The position numbers and the translations under genes are program-made. Below, piece after piece: positions 48,720 through 57,962 of a stretch of DNA of 64,000 nucleotides. The stretch spans positions 22,770-86,769 of the forward strand of contig CAZIPW010000003.1 of the NCBI GenBank assembly GCA_964541675.1, in the 5' to 3' direction. The DNA is from an uncultured Verrucomicrobiota bacterium (GTDB lineage Bacteria; Verrucomicrobiota; Verrucomicrobiia; CAZIPW01). The notes below the pieces were generated by a model. The model searched no databases, had not been told where the DNA came from, and saw nothing but the letters and a program-made list of their open reading frames with translations. Within the stretch, counting starts at the first letter, position 1, and every line of letters starts with the position of its first letter.

Positions 48720-49885
48720 GGCACCAAGCCGCCTTCGGCGTAGCCAGTCACAACACCCGATTGTTGTATTTTGGCGTCCATTATCTCTTTCTGGGCGGCG
48801 GCCTGGTCCCGAAGCTGCTCGCGTTGGGCGGAGTCAGAGCCCTGTTCCAGGGACTCCTCCTCATACTCTCCATCCCGGTTTTCGGCCATCATCTGCTGTT
48901 TGGCCAGATCGGTGACAGCGTCTGCGGTGTTATAGTTCTGTGATTGGCGGCGCACATCGCTGGCCTGTGCCTGTTTGGACATGGCATTGACGATAGCCGC
49001 GTTGCTTGCCTTGAATTGCGTGGAGGCTTTGGCGGCATCTTCGTTCAAATACGCGCCCATCATCACCTGCCCCATGGAGAGGGGCACCACGTTGACGGCG
49101 GCTGTGAAGTTGGCCTGGCCAGTGGCGTAGTTTGCATCGGATGGCTCAAGGAGTGCTCCATGTAGCAGACCCTTGGCCTGTACGCTGCCATCGCTGCCAT
49201 AGGTGTCATAGAAACCGGAGCTGCCAATTGTAAGATTGCCGCCGAAGGAACGGGACGTAAGGTTATGCACCTGATTTTTCATGTTTTTGAACATGGTGCC
49301 GTAATCGCAGACAGACCAACTGGGAAGGTTCATACCAAAGTTGGTGTTTATGTCAAAATCAAGACCGGCTGTAATACCGATATTGCCAAGCCCAAGATTG
49401 GGGGTCTTACAGGCGGTCAGGTCGCCCAGAATACCACCGAAAGTATTGCCAACAAGGTCGCTGAGTGCGCTAGCACCAGCGGTCTCCCAACCATTGACAT
49501 CCTTTACCGATTGAGTAAAATCAGTGGCGCCGGTTGTGTCACCCGAAAGAGCGGCCTTGATTAGATTATATGTATCTGAAGTGGTCAACTTCCCACTGGT
49601 ATTGGACAACACAGAGTTGTCATGGGCGCTGGCCAACTGGTTCTTCATGGCGTTGATCTCATCATATAAGTCGCCCAGTGATGTGTCATCGTATATATTA
49701 CTCAGTGTCCGATCGATACTTTGCAAGGAACTGGCTGCCTCACTTGTATTGCTCTCGACGTCGCTGTCGCTCACAGTACAGTATCCATCCGTAACGACGA
49801 CCGTAGCGCAGCAGTCCGCCTTGAGCGGTTGGGTCAGGGTCAGGGCCAGGGTGAGTAGGGTTGCTATGGATAGGGTTTTGTTCAT
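48716..49885 (-). CDS. trbJ: TrbJ/VirB5-family secreted T4SS protein (389 aa)
   Basis: Signal peptide MNKTLSIATLLTLALTLTQPLKA; helical soluble protein; operon position. Confidence 0.5.
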   Translation of the reverse strand: MNKTLSIATLLTLALTLTQPLKADCCATVVVTDGYCTVSDSDVESNTSEAASSLQSIDRTLSNIYDDTSLGDLYDEINAMKNQLASAHDNSVLSNTSGKLTTSDTYNLIKAALSGDTTGATDFTQSVKDVNGWETAGASALSDLVGNTFGGILGDLTACKTPNLGLGNIGITAGLDFDINTNFGMNLPSWSVCDYGTMFKNMKNQVHNLTSRSFGGNLTIGSSGFYDTYGSDGSVQAKGLLHGALLEPSDANYATGQANFTAAVNVVPLSMGQVMMGAYLNEDAAKASTQFKASNAAIVNAMSKQAQASDVRRQSQNYNTADAVTDLAKQQMMAENRDGEYEEESLEQGSDSAQREQLRDQAAAQKEIMDAKIQQSGVVTGYAEGGLVP

Positions 49886-49967
49886 GACCCGAAGTTTAGC
49901 ACGGATTTTACAGTATTGTCTATTAAATAGGAATTATTTACATATGTAAAAGACATAGCCGTGGGTT

Positions 49968-50513
49968 TTATCTGGGTGCTTCCTGGAAGTATATCTGGCG
50001 TGGCAGCTCTCTGGTGCCGTAGGCGACTCCATCATAGACCCCCGCGTCATAACGCACATCGCGCTCGCCGCCCTTCCAATGGCTGTCGACGCTGTCCGCG
50101 CCTGTCTGCTCAATCCAGTAATCCTGCATCAGCTTGGCGCGTTCCTCCCGCCTGGCCTCTTCTTTGGCCTCGGCGACCAACTGGGCCTCGTGCTTGTCGG
50201 TGTAATTCAAATAGGCCTGTGTGCCCAGCATACCAACAGCAGCTCCGGCTGGCGCGGCCCATTTGGCATTAAAGGCCTCTTCTCCGATGAGGGCTCCACC
50301 GGCAGTTCCCAATCCCATCATGGCCCATTCCGGGTAGCTCATGCTGGAAGAGGCGGCTGATATGGGGCTGGACATACAGCCGCTCTGCAGGAGCGTCATG
50401 GCGACAAGCGCGCAGAGGGCGGTAAATCCCAATCGGGGATTGGGTTGGCAGCCCCGATTTTCAACCCCGCCCTGAGGGAGGGGAAGGAGTGGGTGCTTCT
50501 GGTTGTTCTTCAT
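49968..50513 (-). CDS. small lipoprotein (181 aa), T4SS-associated (VirB7/TrbH-like or entry-exclusion candidate)
   Basis: Lipobox LLQSGC; lies between the trbE-like and trbJ-like genes. Confidence 0.45.
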   Translation of the reverse strand: MKNNQKHPLLPLPQGGVENRGCQPNPRLGFTALCALVAMTLLQSGCMSSPISAASSSMSYPEWAMMGLGTAGGALIGEEAFNAKWAAPAGAAVGMLGTQAYLNYTDKHEAQLVAEAKEEARREERAKLMQDYWIEQTGADSVDSHWKGGERDVRYDAGVYDGVAYGTRELPRQIYFQEAPR

Positions 50514-50515
50514 AA

Positions 50516-53074
50516 TTAGAATACTCCCTTCGGATAATCCTGGGAAAACTTTAGGATGGCTTCCACGTGGCTCATTCCGCTTCCCACGAAATCGTAGATT
50601 TTCTTCAGATCGGTCTGCTTGGTGGTGGCCATCGCGTACAGGAGAGGATGGGCCTGGTTGATGCAGATGGTCGAGCGCGTGCCGCCGTTGCTGAGCTTCT
50701 GCCGCAGCAGGAACTGGGAGAAATTTCCGACGGAGGTCTGAAGCGTGCCGATGATCTGCTGCTCCGTCTCGGTCAGCTCGAACTCCTTGGCCACCATCTT
50801 GACCGACTCCGAATTGTTCTGGCGCAGGATCAGCAGATGCGAGATGTTGGCAAGAATCGCGCTCTTGTTCGCCATGCTGGAGAACTCCTCGATTGATTGC
50901 GAGATGGCGATTGTCGAGAATCCTTTTTTTCTCAAAGCGCGGAAAGCGTAGACCACGAAATTGGCCAGCACCGGATCCGCGAGCAGCGACCAGGCCTCGT
51001 CGATGTAAAGGAACTTGACGTCTCCGGGGAAATGATCGCCGAGCTTGATGATCTGCGCGATGATGGTGGAAAACGCGATTGGGCAGAGGTCCTTGTTGTC
51101 CTTGAAGCTGGTCAGGTCGAAGATGATGCAGGGGTTGTCGAAGGACTGCTGGGTGGGGCCGTCCGCCAGGTTGCGAAAACGTCCGTTGGGTCCGCAGAAG
51201 GGGATGAGCCGCCGGGAGAGCAGCTCACCGTCCTTGGAATGTCTCTGCAGTCCCAGGCGGAAATCCGAGATATAAAACGGTTCGCCCCTCCGGGCGCCGA
51301 TCAGGTCGTTCAAAACCTCCTCTAGAATACCCATCTGCACGCGCGAGAGGGAACCCTCGGCCGGGTCCGTCATCATTTTCTCCAGATAGGCCAGAGTGGC
51401 GTCCACCACGTCGGGATCCGGTTTCTCCACGGCAAGGGCGTCAAAGGGGTTGATCCGGTTGACGTCGTCGGCGAGGTTCATGTCGATATAAGTGCCCCTC
51501 ATCACCTGGCAGATGTTCCGGTAGGAGCCGCCGATATCGATGAAAATCTGGCGCGCCTTTGCCTTTTTCATCTGGCAGGCGATGGTGGACACCAGAAAGC
51601 TCTTTCCGGTGCCCGAGCCCCCGATGATAAGGCCGTTGTAGTTGGTAAACTGCCGCGAGTCGTGCGGGTAGAAGTTGTAGATGGAGTCCTCGGTGGTGGC
51701 GAAGATGACGCCGATGTCGTGTTCGAGGTTGGAGTCCAAACCGCACAGCGGCAACATGGAGATGACCTGCGCGGTGTTGTAACTGTTGACGCGGTAGCGG
51801 TCCTCGTCGCGGGTCCACCCGGGCTGACTGCTTCTCCAATACGGCCAGGCGGCGTGTACCTCGTCAGAAAGCACCATACCTTCGGCTTCTTCGCCCATCT
51901 CCTTGATGCGCCGGCAGGTGTCATCGACCTCCTTGAGGGTCTCCCCCCACACGTGCATGATGTGGGTGGCCGTCCAGTATTTCTCGACATTGCGGCCCAG
52001 GTCCATCAATTCCTGCTGGATGTCCTCCAGAATGGCTTTCAGCGAGATGTCCTTGGCGATCCTGGCCTCTACCATCCTCATCTGGTCTTCCAGTTGCTTC
52101 TTGCGCTTGACGATGTCTCCGTGCTGGATGTTGACCACGAGCCGGAAGTTTTTGAGCCATGACCTCAGACAGATGGCTTGGAACTGCGCGAAGAAGATGG
52201 TGGTGGGCGGGGTCCGCAAAGTGATGATCTTGTGGAAGAGCCCGTCCGTCTTGAAGGTGCCGATGGGGGCCAGAACGCCTTTCGTATCCCAGATGAAGGT
52301 GTCCTTGATGTAATGTTCCGTGGCCGGCAGTATCTCGCCTGGCGAATAGGCCCGCGGCTCGCCGCCCTTTTCCCAAGAGAGGGGATTGTTGTACTTGTAG
52401 AGAAGCTCCACCAGACCGTCCGTGCTGAGCGCCTCCGGCCTCATGCGGCAGGTGGAAAGGGTGTCCTGGAAGCTGCCCGCTATCGCCAGCATCTCATCGC
52501 GGGCGTCATTGTACTCCTTGAGCTCGTACTGCGCGTGCGAGACAGACCCCGTGAAATCCAGGGCAAAGTCGGTGAGAAACTTGTCAAGGCTGCCGCTTTT
52601 CTGGTAGTTCTCCTCGGCGTGGATGGCGGCTTTGGTCCGCTTGGTCAGGTCGTTGGGATGCACCGTGCACTTGCGGACCAGCATGACATAGCCTTCAAAA
52701 AATCTCATGTCTCGGTGGCTCAGGCGGTCCATGATGTTTTTTGTGTACGCCTGCACGTACGTATGGATGATCTCGTTGTCTATCTTGGGCGGGTCTATGA
52801 TCTTGGAGACTTCCTTTTGCCGGGAGTGCTGGAAAAAAATAAATTGTACGTCGAAATGGTCGGGCAGAGTGTTGAAGGCCGACTTGAGGGAACCAAAAAT
52901 GCCTTCCTTGTCCGTCTCGGAAAGGGTGTATAGATTTGGGAAAAGCACCCGCCAGCCCATGGACATGGAGAGATCCTTGTTGACGAGCATACCGTCCTCC
53001 AAAAAACGCGTCGGCAGCTCGCGGTCGATGATGTCGCCGCCGAGGACTTCATTGCGTTGGTAATACTGTGCCAT
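50516..53074 (-). CDS. trbE: TrbE/VirB4-family T4SS ATPase (852 aa)
   Basis: Walker A GGSGTGKSFLV, Walker B/DEAW-like region LYIDEAWSLL; size typical of VirB4. Confidence 0.9.
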   Translation of the reverse strand: MAQYYQRNEVLGGDIIDRELPTRFLEDGMLVNKDLSMSMGWRVLFPNLYTLSETDKEGIFGSLKSAFNTLPDHFDVQFIFFQHSRQKEVSKIIDPPKIDNEIIHTYVQAYTKNIMDRLSHRDMRFFEGYVMLVRKCTVHPNDLTKRTKAAIHAEENYQKSGSLDKFLTDFALDFTGSVSHAQYELKEYNDARDEMLAIAGSFQDTLSTCRMRPEALSTDGLVELLYKYNNPLSWEKGGEPRAYSPGEILPATEHYIKDTFIWDTKGVLAPIGTFKTDGLFHKIITLRTPPTTIFFAQFQAICLRSWLKNFRLVVNIQHGDIVKRKKQLEDQMRMVEARIAKDISLKAILEDIQQELMDLGRNVEKYWTATHIMHVWGETLKEVDDTCRRIKEMGEEAEGMVLSDEVHAAWPYWRSSQPGWTRDEDRYRVNSYNTAQVISMLPLCGLDSNLEHDIGVIFATTEDSIYNFYPHDSRQFTNYNGLIIGGSGTGKSFLVSTIACQMKKAKARQIFIDIGGSYRNICQVMRGTYIDMNLADDVNRINPFDALAVEKPDPDVVDATLAYLEKMMTDPAEGSLSRVQMGILEEVLNDLIGARRGEPFYISDFRLGLQRHSKDGELLSRRLIPFCGPNGRFRNLADGPTQQSFDNPCIIFDLTSFKDNKDLCPIAFSTIIAQIIKLGDHFPGDVKFLYIDEAWSLLADPVLANFVVYAFRALRKKGFSTIAISQSIEEFSSMANKSAILANISHLLILRQNNSESVKMVAKEFELTETEQQIIGTLQTSVGNFSQFLLRQKLSNGGTRSTICINQAHPLLYAMATTKQTDLKKIYDFVGSGMSHVEAILKFSQDYPKGVF

Positions 53075-53076
53075 GC

Positions 53077-53364
53077 TTATTTGAGTTTATAGGGGGGGAG
53101 GGGATCCAGCTTGCCCGGTCGCATGACCTTGGGCGTCCAGAGGGAATTAAAGAGATGGGCGTCGTATCCGTCAGGTTTGCCCACACGCAAAAGGATCAGA
53201 TAAGACATATGCAGGAGCATATAGCCCAGCATCAGGAACACTGATTTGAACAGACAGAAACACGCCACAGACGCTATCAGTCCCACGAAAAAGTCAAGGA
53301 TTGTGAAGATGCCAAAGTAGTATACTTTGCCGTTGGTCTGTCTGTTGTAGTGAAAAGTCAACAT
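53077..53364 (-). CDS. trbD: TrbD/VirB3-family small membrane protein (95 aa)
   Basis: Two hydrophobic helices; immediately upstream of the VirB4 gene. Confidence 0.55.
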   Translation of the reverse strand: MLTFHYNRQTNGKVYYFGIFTILDFFVGLIASVACFCLFKSVFLMLGYMLLHMSYLILLRVGKPDGYDAHLFNSLWTPKVMRPGKLDPLPPYKLK

Positions 53365-53369
53365 ACGTG

Positions 53370-53900
53370 CTAATATGCGGAAGAGGAATGCTTGGCGACA
53401 GAGGGAGTGATGGAGTCGAAGTTATCAATGATGCTGTCCATGCGCTTGAGCATGGAACGGATGCGCTCTTTGTCCACGGTGTCCTGATCGTATATGAGGA
53501 TCAGGTCGTTGTATATCTTGCGCAGCTCTTTTGAGGAGTCTTGCAGGGAAGCGGTGGCGCGCGGCATATATATAAAGATGGGGACTTCAGCAGTTACGGG
53601 CGCGCCGTTGACGTCGAAGGTGATCTTCTTGGTGATATCCATGACGCGCAGTTCATACCCCGGCAACTGCAGCGGTACAACAGAACTTACGTCGGCCCCT
53701 CCCATCTGCAGGGGTCTGGAAAGCCGGGGGTCGGCGACAGCCACCGGCAGCGTCTGCGGGTAACCCGGCGCGTAAGAGCTCTGGCAATATGGCGTGAGGG
53801 GAGGAGGAGGAGCCACTGGCACCGGCTGGTATCCGTACGCGGATTGCGCCTGGAGGTTCGCGGTGATGGCCGCGAAAGCTAGTAAAAATATACGCCTCAT
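53370..53900 (-). CDS. secreted Pro-rich protein (176 aa), first gene of the T4SS operon
   Basis: Signal peptide MRRIFLLAFAAITANLQAQS; Pro-rich N-terminal half. Confidence 0.45.
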   Translation of the reverse strand: MRRIFLLAFAAITANLQAQSAYGYQPVPVAPPPPLTPYCQSSYAPGYPQTLPVAVADPRLSRPLQMGGADVSSVVPLQLPGYELRVMDITKKITFDVNGAPVTAEVPIFIYMPRATASLQDSSKELRKIYNDLILIYDQDTVDKERIRSMLKRMDSIIDNFDSITPSVAKHSSSAY

Positions 53901-54009
53901 AACAGACCCCTCTACGGCCCAATTCTGAAATCTATTTAGCTGTTTTTTACGCCTTCACCCATGACTATGGTTTTTACAAATTTCTAAAATCTTGTCATTT
54001 AATTGTAAA

Positions 54010-54052
54010 AAAGAGTAGTATATAATATATACTTGTGTTATAATGGATTTAG
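54010..54052 (+). promoter_or_regulatory. putative extended -10 promoter for trbC in the divergent AT-rich intergenic region
   Basis: TGTTATAAT at 54037-54045, about 38 nt upstream of the trbC start; the divergent region 53901-54082 probably also carries the minus-strand T4SS operon promoter. Confidence 0.4.
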
Positions 54053-54082
54053 CCGTACATAAAACGCTAGTATTTCAAAACT

Positions 54083-54475
54083 ATGAAAGCATTCACAAGA
54101 TCTCTTAAACCCGCGCTGCTCACGGTGGCGCTCTTCCTCTTCGTCGCTGTCACGAACGGCGCTTGGGCTACCACTCCCACCAATGCAAGTGCCATCATGG
54201 GATCCTCGGCCGTTGGCAGTCTAAGCCTTTCGATAGGAGGTAGTAATTCTGCGGCAGGTAGCGCTGTTATCAGTCAGGTCTATAACCTGATCCGTTTTGC
54301 CTATATGTTCTTCTACGCGATCGCCGTGCTTCTGGTCGCGCAGGCTTGGATGCAGTTCAAGCAGCAGAAGTATGAGGTGATGTTCGCCAGCATGGGCGCG
54401 GCTTTGGGACTCTTCCTTACCCCAGCGATCATCGACTTTATGCACGGCTTGGGCCAGTCGACAGCCAGTAACTAG
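54083..54475 (+). CDS. trbC: TrbC/VirB2-family conjugative pilin precursor (130 aa)
   Basis: Long signal peptide, then two hydrophobic helices (YMFFYAIAVLLVAQAW and VMFASMGAALGLFLTPAI) separated by a short polar loop; this is the typical VirB2 topology. Confidence 0.6.
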   Translation: MKAFTRSLKPALLTVALFLFVAVTNGAWATTPTNASAIMGSSAVGSLSLSIGGSNSAAGSAVISQVYNLIRFAYMFFYAIAVLLVAQAWMQFKQQKYEVMFASMGAALGLFLTPAIIDFMHGLGQSTASN

Positions 54476-54497
54476 TTTTTCAACCTGATTTCAAAAG

Positions 54498-54528
54498 ACG
54501 CTCCGCTTGTCAGCGGGGCGTTTTTTTT
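54498..54528 (+). terminator. rho-independent terminator after trbC
   Basis: ACGCTCCGC-TTGTCA-GCGGGGCGT hairpin (one G-U pair) followed by T8. Confidence 0.65.
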
Positions 54529-54628
54529 AGTCTCTAAAATTAAGCGACCCTCTCTTTACGTCTTGAGATCCAACTTGTTTCCGTGTAGAAAGAACCAGCC
54601 ACAGTGACCAGGCGTCATTTGTTTATGA

Positions 54629-55924
54629 GTGGGAATCCATGACAAGATGAAGTTTATATTTTCCCTCATTTCAAATCATCCGCGCAAGACGGCGGCCATC
54701 CTATGTTTATGGACCAGTCTTGTCTTATTTTTGACCCAGTGGGGTTCTGCTTCATGCTATTGTGGTGGCGATCCGCACCTTTATTTTCAGATAGGAGAAC
54801 AGATATTACATGGTCAGAGTCCATACAATGATCTTTGCACATCCGTTTATCCGCCTTACGCGGCATACTTCTTTGTTATCCCCATTCTTATCACAGGAAA
54901 TCACGATTTTGCGCACTACTTTTTGGGGCTCATCTTCTGCCTCCTGCTTTTGGATCTGGTTATCAAATTAATCCTCTATAGAATCGGCCGGAGCTACTCA
55001 TCAGACGCGATAGGACTGCTTCCGCTCTTTTTATATTCCTTGTCCACGATTCTCTGTTACAGCTACTTCTTGCAAAGATTTGATTTACTTCCGTCGTTAT
55101 TGAGTCTGTCTTCCCTGCTTCTCGTGTATACCCGCAAACATTTTTGGGGTGGGTTATTTCTGGCCCTGGGAATTGGAACAAAGATCTACCCTGTGTTCCT
55201 GTTTCCCTTACTGCTGATTCTGGTATGGCGGCAACAAAGATCAAAAAAACAACGCGCAGGGATGCTTGCGTTCTTTTCAATATGCCGGCTTTTCATGGGT
55301 ATAGCCGTGGGTCTCCTCCCGTTGGTTGTCATTTCTTCTGTTATGCGGTGGGATTCCATGTTTACCACCCATTCAATCAGGGGGTTGCAGGCGGAATCAC
55401 TTGTTGCTTCACTGGTCTGGCTGGCGCATCGGCTTGTCGGAGTCCCTGCTGTATGGCTCCATAATTTTTCTGGTTATGATCTTGGAGGTCCCTTGTCCCA
55501 AGTCGCGCTCGTGCTTACCAGGATGCTCTCCTGTGGGGCAATGATATTCTCGGTGGGATTGTCCGCGTGGCAGGTATGGGTAAATAGGTCAATGACATTC
55601 CCGGTACTTTGTCGCACAGTACTTTTTGTGCTGATTGGTCTGATTACATTTGGCCAGGTTTTGAGCCCCCAGTATTTGTTTTGGGCGTTGCCTTTTGCCG
55701 CCTTGGGTGCCCTGGATAGACCCCGTGCGGCCGCGCTCCTTGTCGTGCTCTGTGTCATTTTAGGTCCGTCATTTTATCCTGGTTGGTATGCTGACTATCA
55801 CAGGGGACCGTGCCTTTCGGAGTCTGTCATGCTGGTGGCCCGGAATCTACTGCTGGTCTCCGCCTGGATAATTTTATTTTGTGAAGCTGCTACAAGTCCG
55901 CAGAAAGAAGTGACCTCACAGTGA
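54629..55924 (+). CDS. polytopic membrane glycosyltransferase-like protein (DUF2029/GT87-like GT-C, 431 aa)
   Basis: About 11 TM helices across the whole length; sequence style (YPPYAAYFFVIPILI, WGGLFLALGIGTKIYPVFLFPLLL) typical of DUF2029/PMT-like mannosyltransferase-type integral membrane GTs. Confidence 0.5.
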   Translation: MGIHDKMKFIFSLISNHPRKTAAILCLWTSLVLFLTQWGSASCYCGGDPHLYFQIGEQILHGQSPYNDLCTSVYPPYAAYFFVIPILITGNHDFAHYFLGLIFCLLLLDLVIKLILYRIGRSYSSDAIGLLPLFLYSLSTILCYSYFLQRFDLLPSLLSLSSLLLVYTRKHFWGGLFLALGIGTKIYPVFLFPLLLILVWRQQRSKKQRAGMLAFFSICRLFMGIAVGLLPLVVISSVMRWDSMFTTHSIRGLQAESLVASLVWLAHRLVGVPAVWLHNFSGYDLGGPLSQVALVLTRMLSCGAMIFSVGLSAWQVWVNRSMTFPVLCRTVLFVLIGLITFGQVLSPQYLFWALPFAALGALDRPRAAALLVVLCVILGPSFYPGWYADYHRGPCLSESVMLVARNLLLVSAWIILFCEAATSPQKEVTSQ

Positions 55925-55950
55925 GCAGGTACTTGGGATTTTCCGGGTCA

Positions 55951-57945
55951 TCAGAGATTTACACGCGTATATCCAGAAGGGGAGGGTGCTGTTTCATCAA
56001 CGGCAAAATTGCCCACACAGAAGTTGCTATCCAGATGGGTTCCCTCATCGTATCTTATACCGATCTCTGTATATCCATGCGGTAATAATATGGGGATGTC
56101 TAGAGAGATATTTCCGGTGCAGCTTAGTTTTTCCCCGGCGCTTATCAGCTTGAATGGCACTGCAGACTTATCCGTACCTTGCCAGGGTCGATGATGAAGG
56201 AATCGATCAAAAGACATATCCACCTTATATTGTTCAATTTCGGGAACGGCACGTTTGGCCAGTATGATATACCCACGTGGTTTTGGAGGATGCGGCATGA
56301 CTGTCATGGTAATATGTACCTTTCTGGGGCTTGTGGGATTGCAAATCCATACGCGCGCTTCGGAGTTGAACAAATAGTAGCTGTTATATCCGCTTAGGAT
56401 ATGAGTTCTCCCGAAGAACTTATGCCAGATCCTCGCGAGAGAGTACTTTTGATTGATTTGTAACGGCGTCTTGGGCTGTTGAAGAAGAAGTGTGGACGCA
56501 ACACTGGCGTTAGGATCTCCCATATATAGTTGTGAACTATGCGGGAGTATATCCATTAGATAATCGATATCTGGTTTGGCGTTCTGGGAAAGGATGTCAG
56601 TTTCTATGGCATCACCGTACCAAAAAGGGGCTGCTTTATTAATCACAAACAAGGGTTCTACCGCTGAGAGGAGGCTGACAGCATAGCAGAGTACAAATCC
56701 CATGCAGCGATACCATTTTGGTCGGGTAATCAAAGAGCGGAATACAAGTCCCGCCAGTATAATCTGTGCTACAGCCAGAGTTTTAAAGCACCAATCCTCG
56801 CACGAACCCAGCGCAAACAGGGGAACGATCAAGGCGAGCAAAAGAGTGAGGACGGCCCGGCTTCTCTTCCATTCTTCCTTGGAGAGCAGCAGAAACCAGA
56901 CGCCGAGCTCCATAATAAAGAAAGCCGGGAACACCCGCCAGAACTCCGGCCTGTTGGCGATAAAATAGAACTTTTCAGGAAATATCTTCGTGCTAAAATA
57001 GACAGCCATTGGAAATAAGCCTCCGACAAGCAGCGCCCAGTTCTCAATGGCAAACATCTTACGTGGGCCCGCTTTGAGCAGGTGCCATAAAAGAAAGAAA
57101 GAGAGACCTATTGCCATAAAACCGTTCCATAAAAAGACGGCGCATATCCATACAGCGGCAGATGAAGTCCGCTTTTCATCCAGTGATTTAAGTAATAGGG
57201 GGGCGGCTATAATGACCGGCATAATGTACGTCGGTGACCACGCGAATAATTGAAACATATTCGCGCAGCGCATGGGAAAGGCCCATAAGTTGAGCGGAAA
57301 GGCGAGGATACCGCCGTTAATTAACATGGAACCAGCCATACTAAGCCCGCCGAATCCCCACAAGACTGCGAAGACCCAGGCTGGCAGCCGGAAGTATCTC
57401 AGGAAAATCAACCCTCCCAACGATAGTCCGAATATCGTCCATATGAGACTGGCGATATTCATGGCCAGTGTCCCGGCGTGCGCGCCTATGATGGCGGGGA
57501 CTATATAATAGCCTATAAAATAGACTATACTGATAACAGTTCCATCGCTGTATTGAACGGCTGCCGGACAAGGGCTCTTTGAGAGAACATTGAACATGAA
57601 ATTGTGTTTCGCATAATCATCAGAAGAGTTTGGTATGATGTTTCCGACACCCGTCGATACACTGAGAATAAGCGCCACGAAGATAACCGTCCCAAAACCC
57701 AGGGGAGAGAGCAGATGCGGCTCCGTGTCATAATGGTCTAGCGTGGATATCTCTGAAGGGCGTTTGAAAGCCACGAATATACCCATTCCCAGAAGAGCCA
57801 CAAAGTCCATATTGTATGGGAACTTATACCACGAGAGTAGAAAAAGGAATAAAGGCGTCAGAAGATAGATCGCCGCTAGCAGGCGCAGCATATTCCAAGA
57901 GAAGAAGGGTTTGTCCTGTTTGAAACCTGTATTTATATTATACAT
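55951..57945 (-). CDS. large polytopic membrane protein with C-terminal soluble domain; GT-C-like glycosyltransferase candidate (664 aa), paralog of 12040-13965
   Basis: Shared blocks with the 12040-13965 product in the first periplasmic loop and the following TM helices; C-terminal soluble domain of about 250 aa. Confidence 0.6.
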   Translation of the reverse strand: MYNINTGFKQDKPFFSWNMLRLLAAIYLLTPLFLFLLSWYKFPYNMDFVALLGMGIFVAFKRPSEISTLDHYDTEPHLLSPLGFGTVIFVALILSVSTGVGNIIPNSSDDYAKHNFMFNVLSKSPCPAAVQYSDGTVISIVYFIGYYIVPAIIGAHAGTLAMNIASLIWTIFGLSLGGLIFLRYFRLPAWVFAVLWGFGGLSMAGSMLINGGILAFPLNLWAFPMRCANMFQLFAWSPTYIMPVIIAAPLLLKSLDEKRTSSAAVWICAVFLWNGFMAIGLSFFLLWHLLKAGPRKMFAIENWALLVGGLFPMAVYFSTKIFPEKFYFIANRPEFWRVFPAFFIMELGVWFLLLSKEEWKRSRAVLTLLLALIVPLFALGSCEDWCFKTLAVAQIILAGLVFRSLITRPKWYRCMGFVLCYAVSLLSAVEPLFVINKAAPFWYGDAIETDILSQNAKPDIDYLMDILPHSSQLYMGDPNASVASTLLLQQPKTPLQINQKYSLARIWHKFFGRTHILSGYNSYYLFNSEARVWICNPTSPRKVHITMTVMPHPPKPRGYIILAKRAVPEIEQYKVDMSFDRFLHHRPWQGTDKSAVPFKLISAGEKLSCTGNISLDIPILLPHGYTEIGIRYDEGTHLDSNFCVGNFAVDETAPSPSGYTRVNL

Positions 57946-57962
57946 AAGATATCTTGTGCGAA

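Noticed and set aside
51441-52376. Arg/Pro/His-rich ORFs (132-151 aa) within the VirB4 gene
   Set aside because: These are frame-shifted or antisense readings of the high-GC trbE coding sequence with non-protein-like composition, so they are spurious
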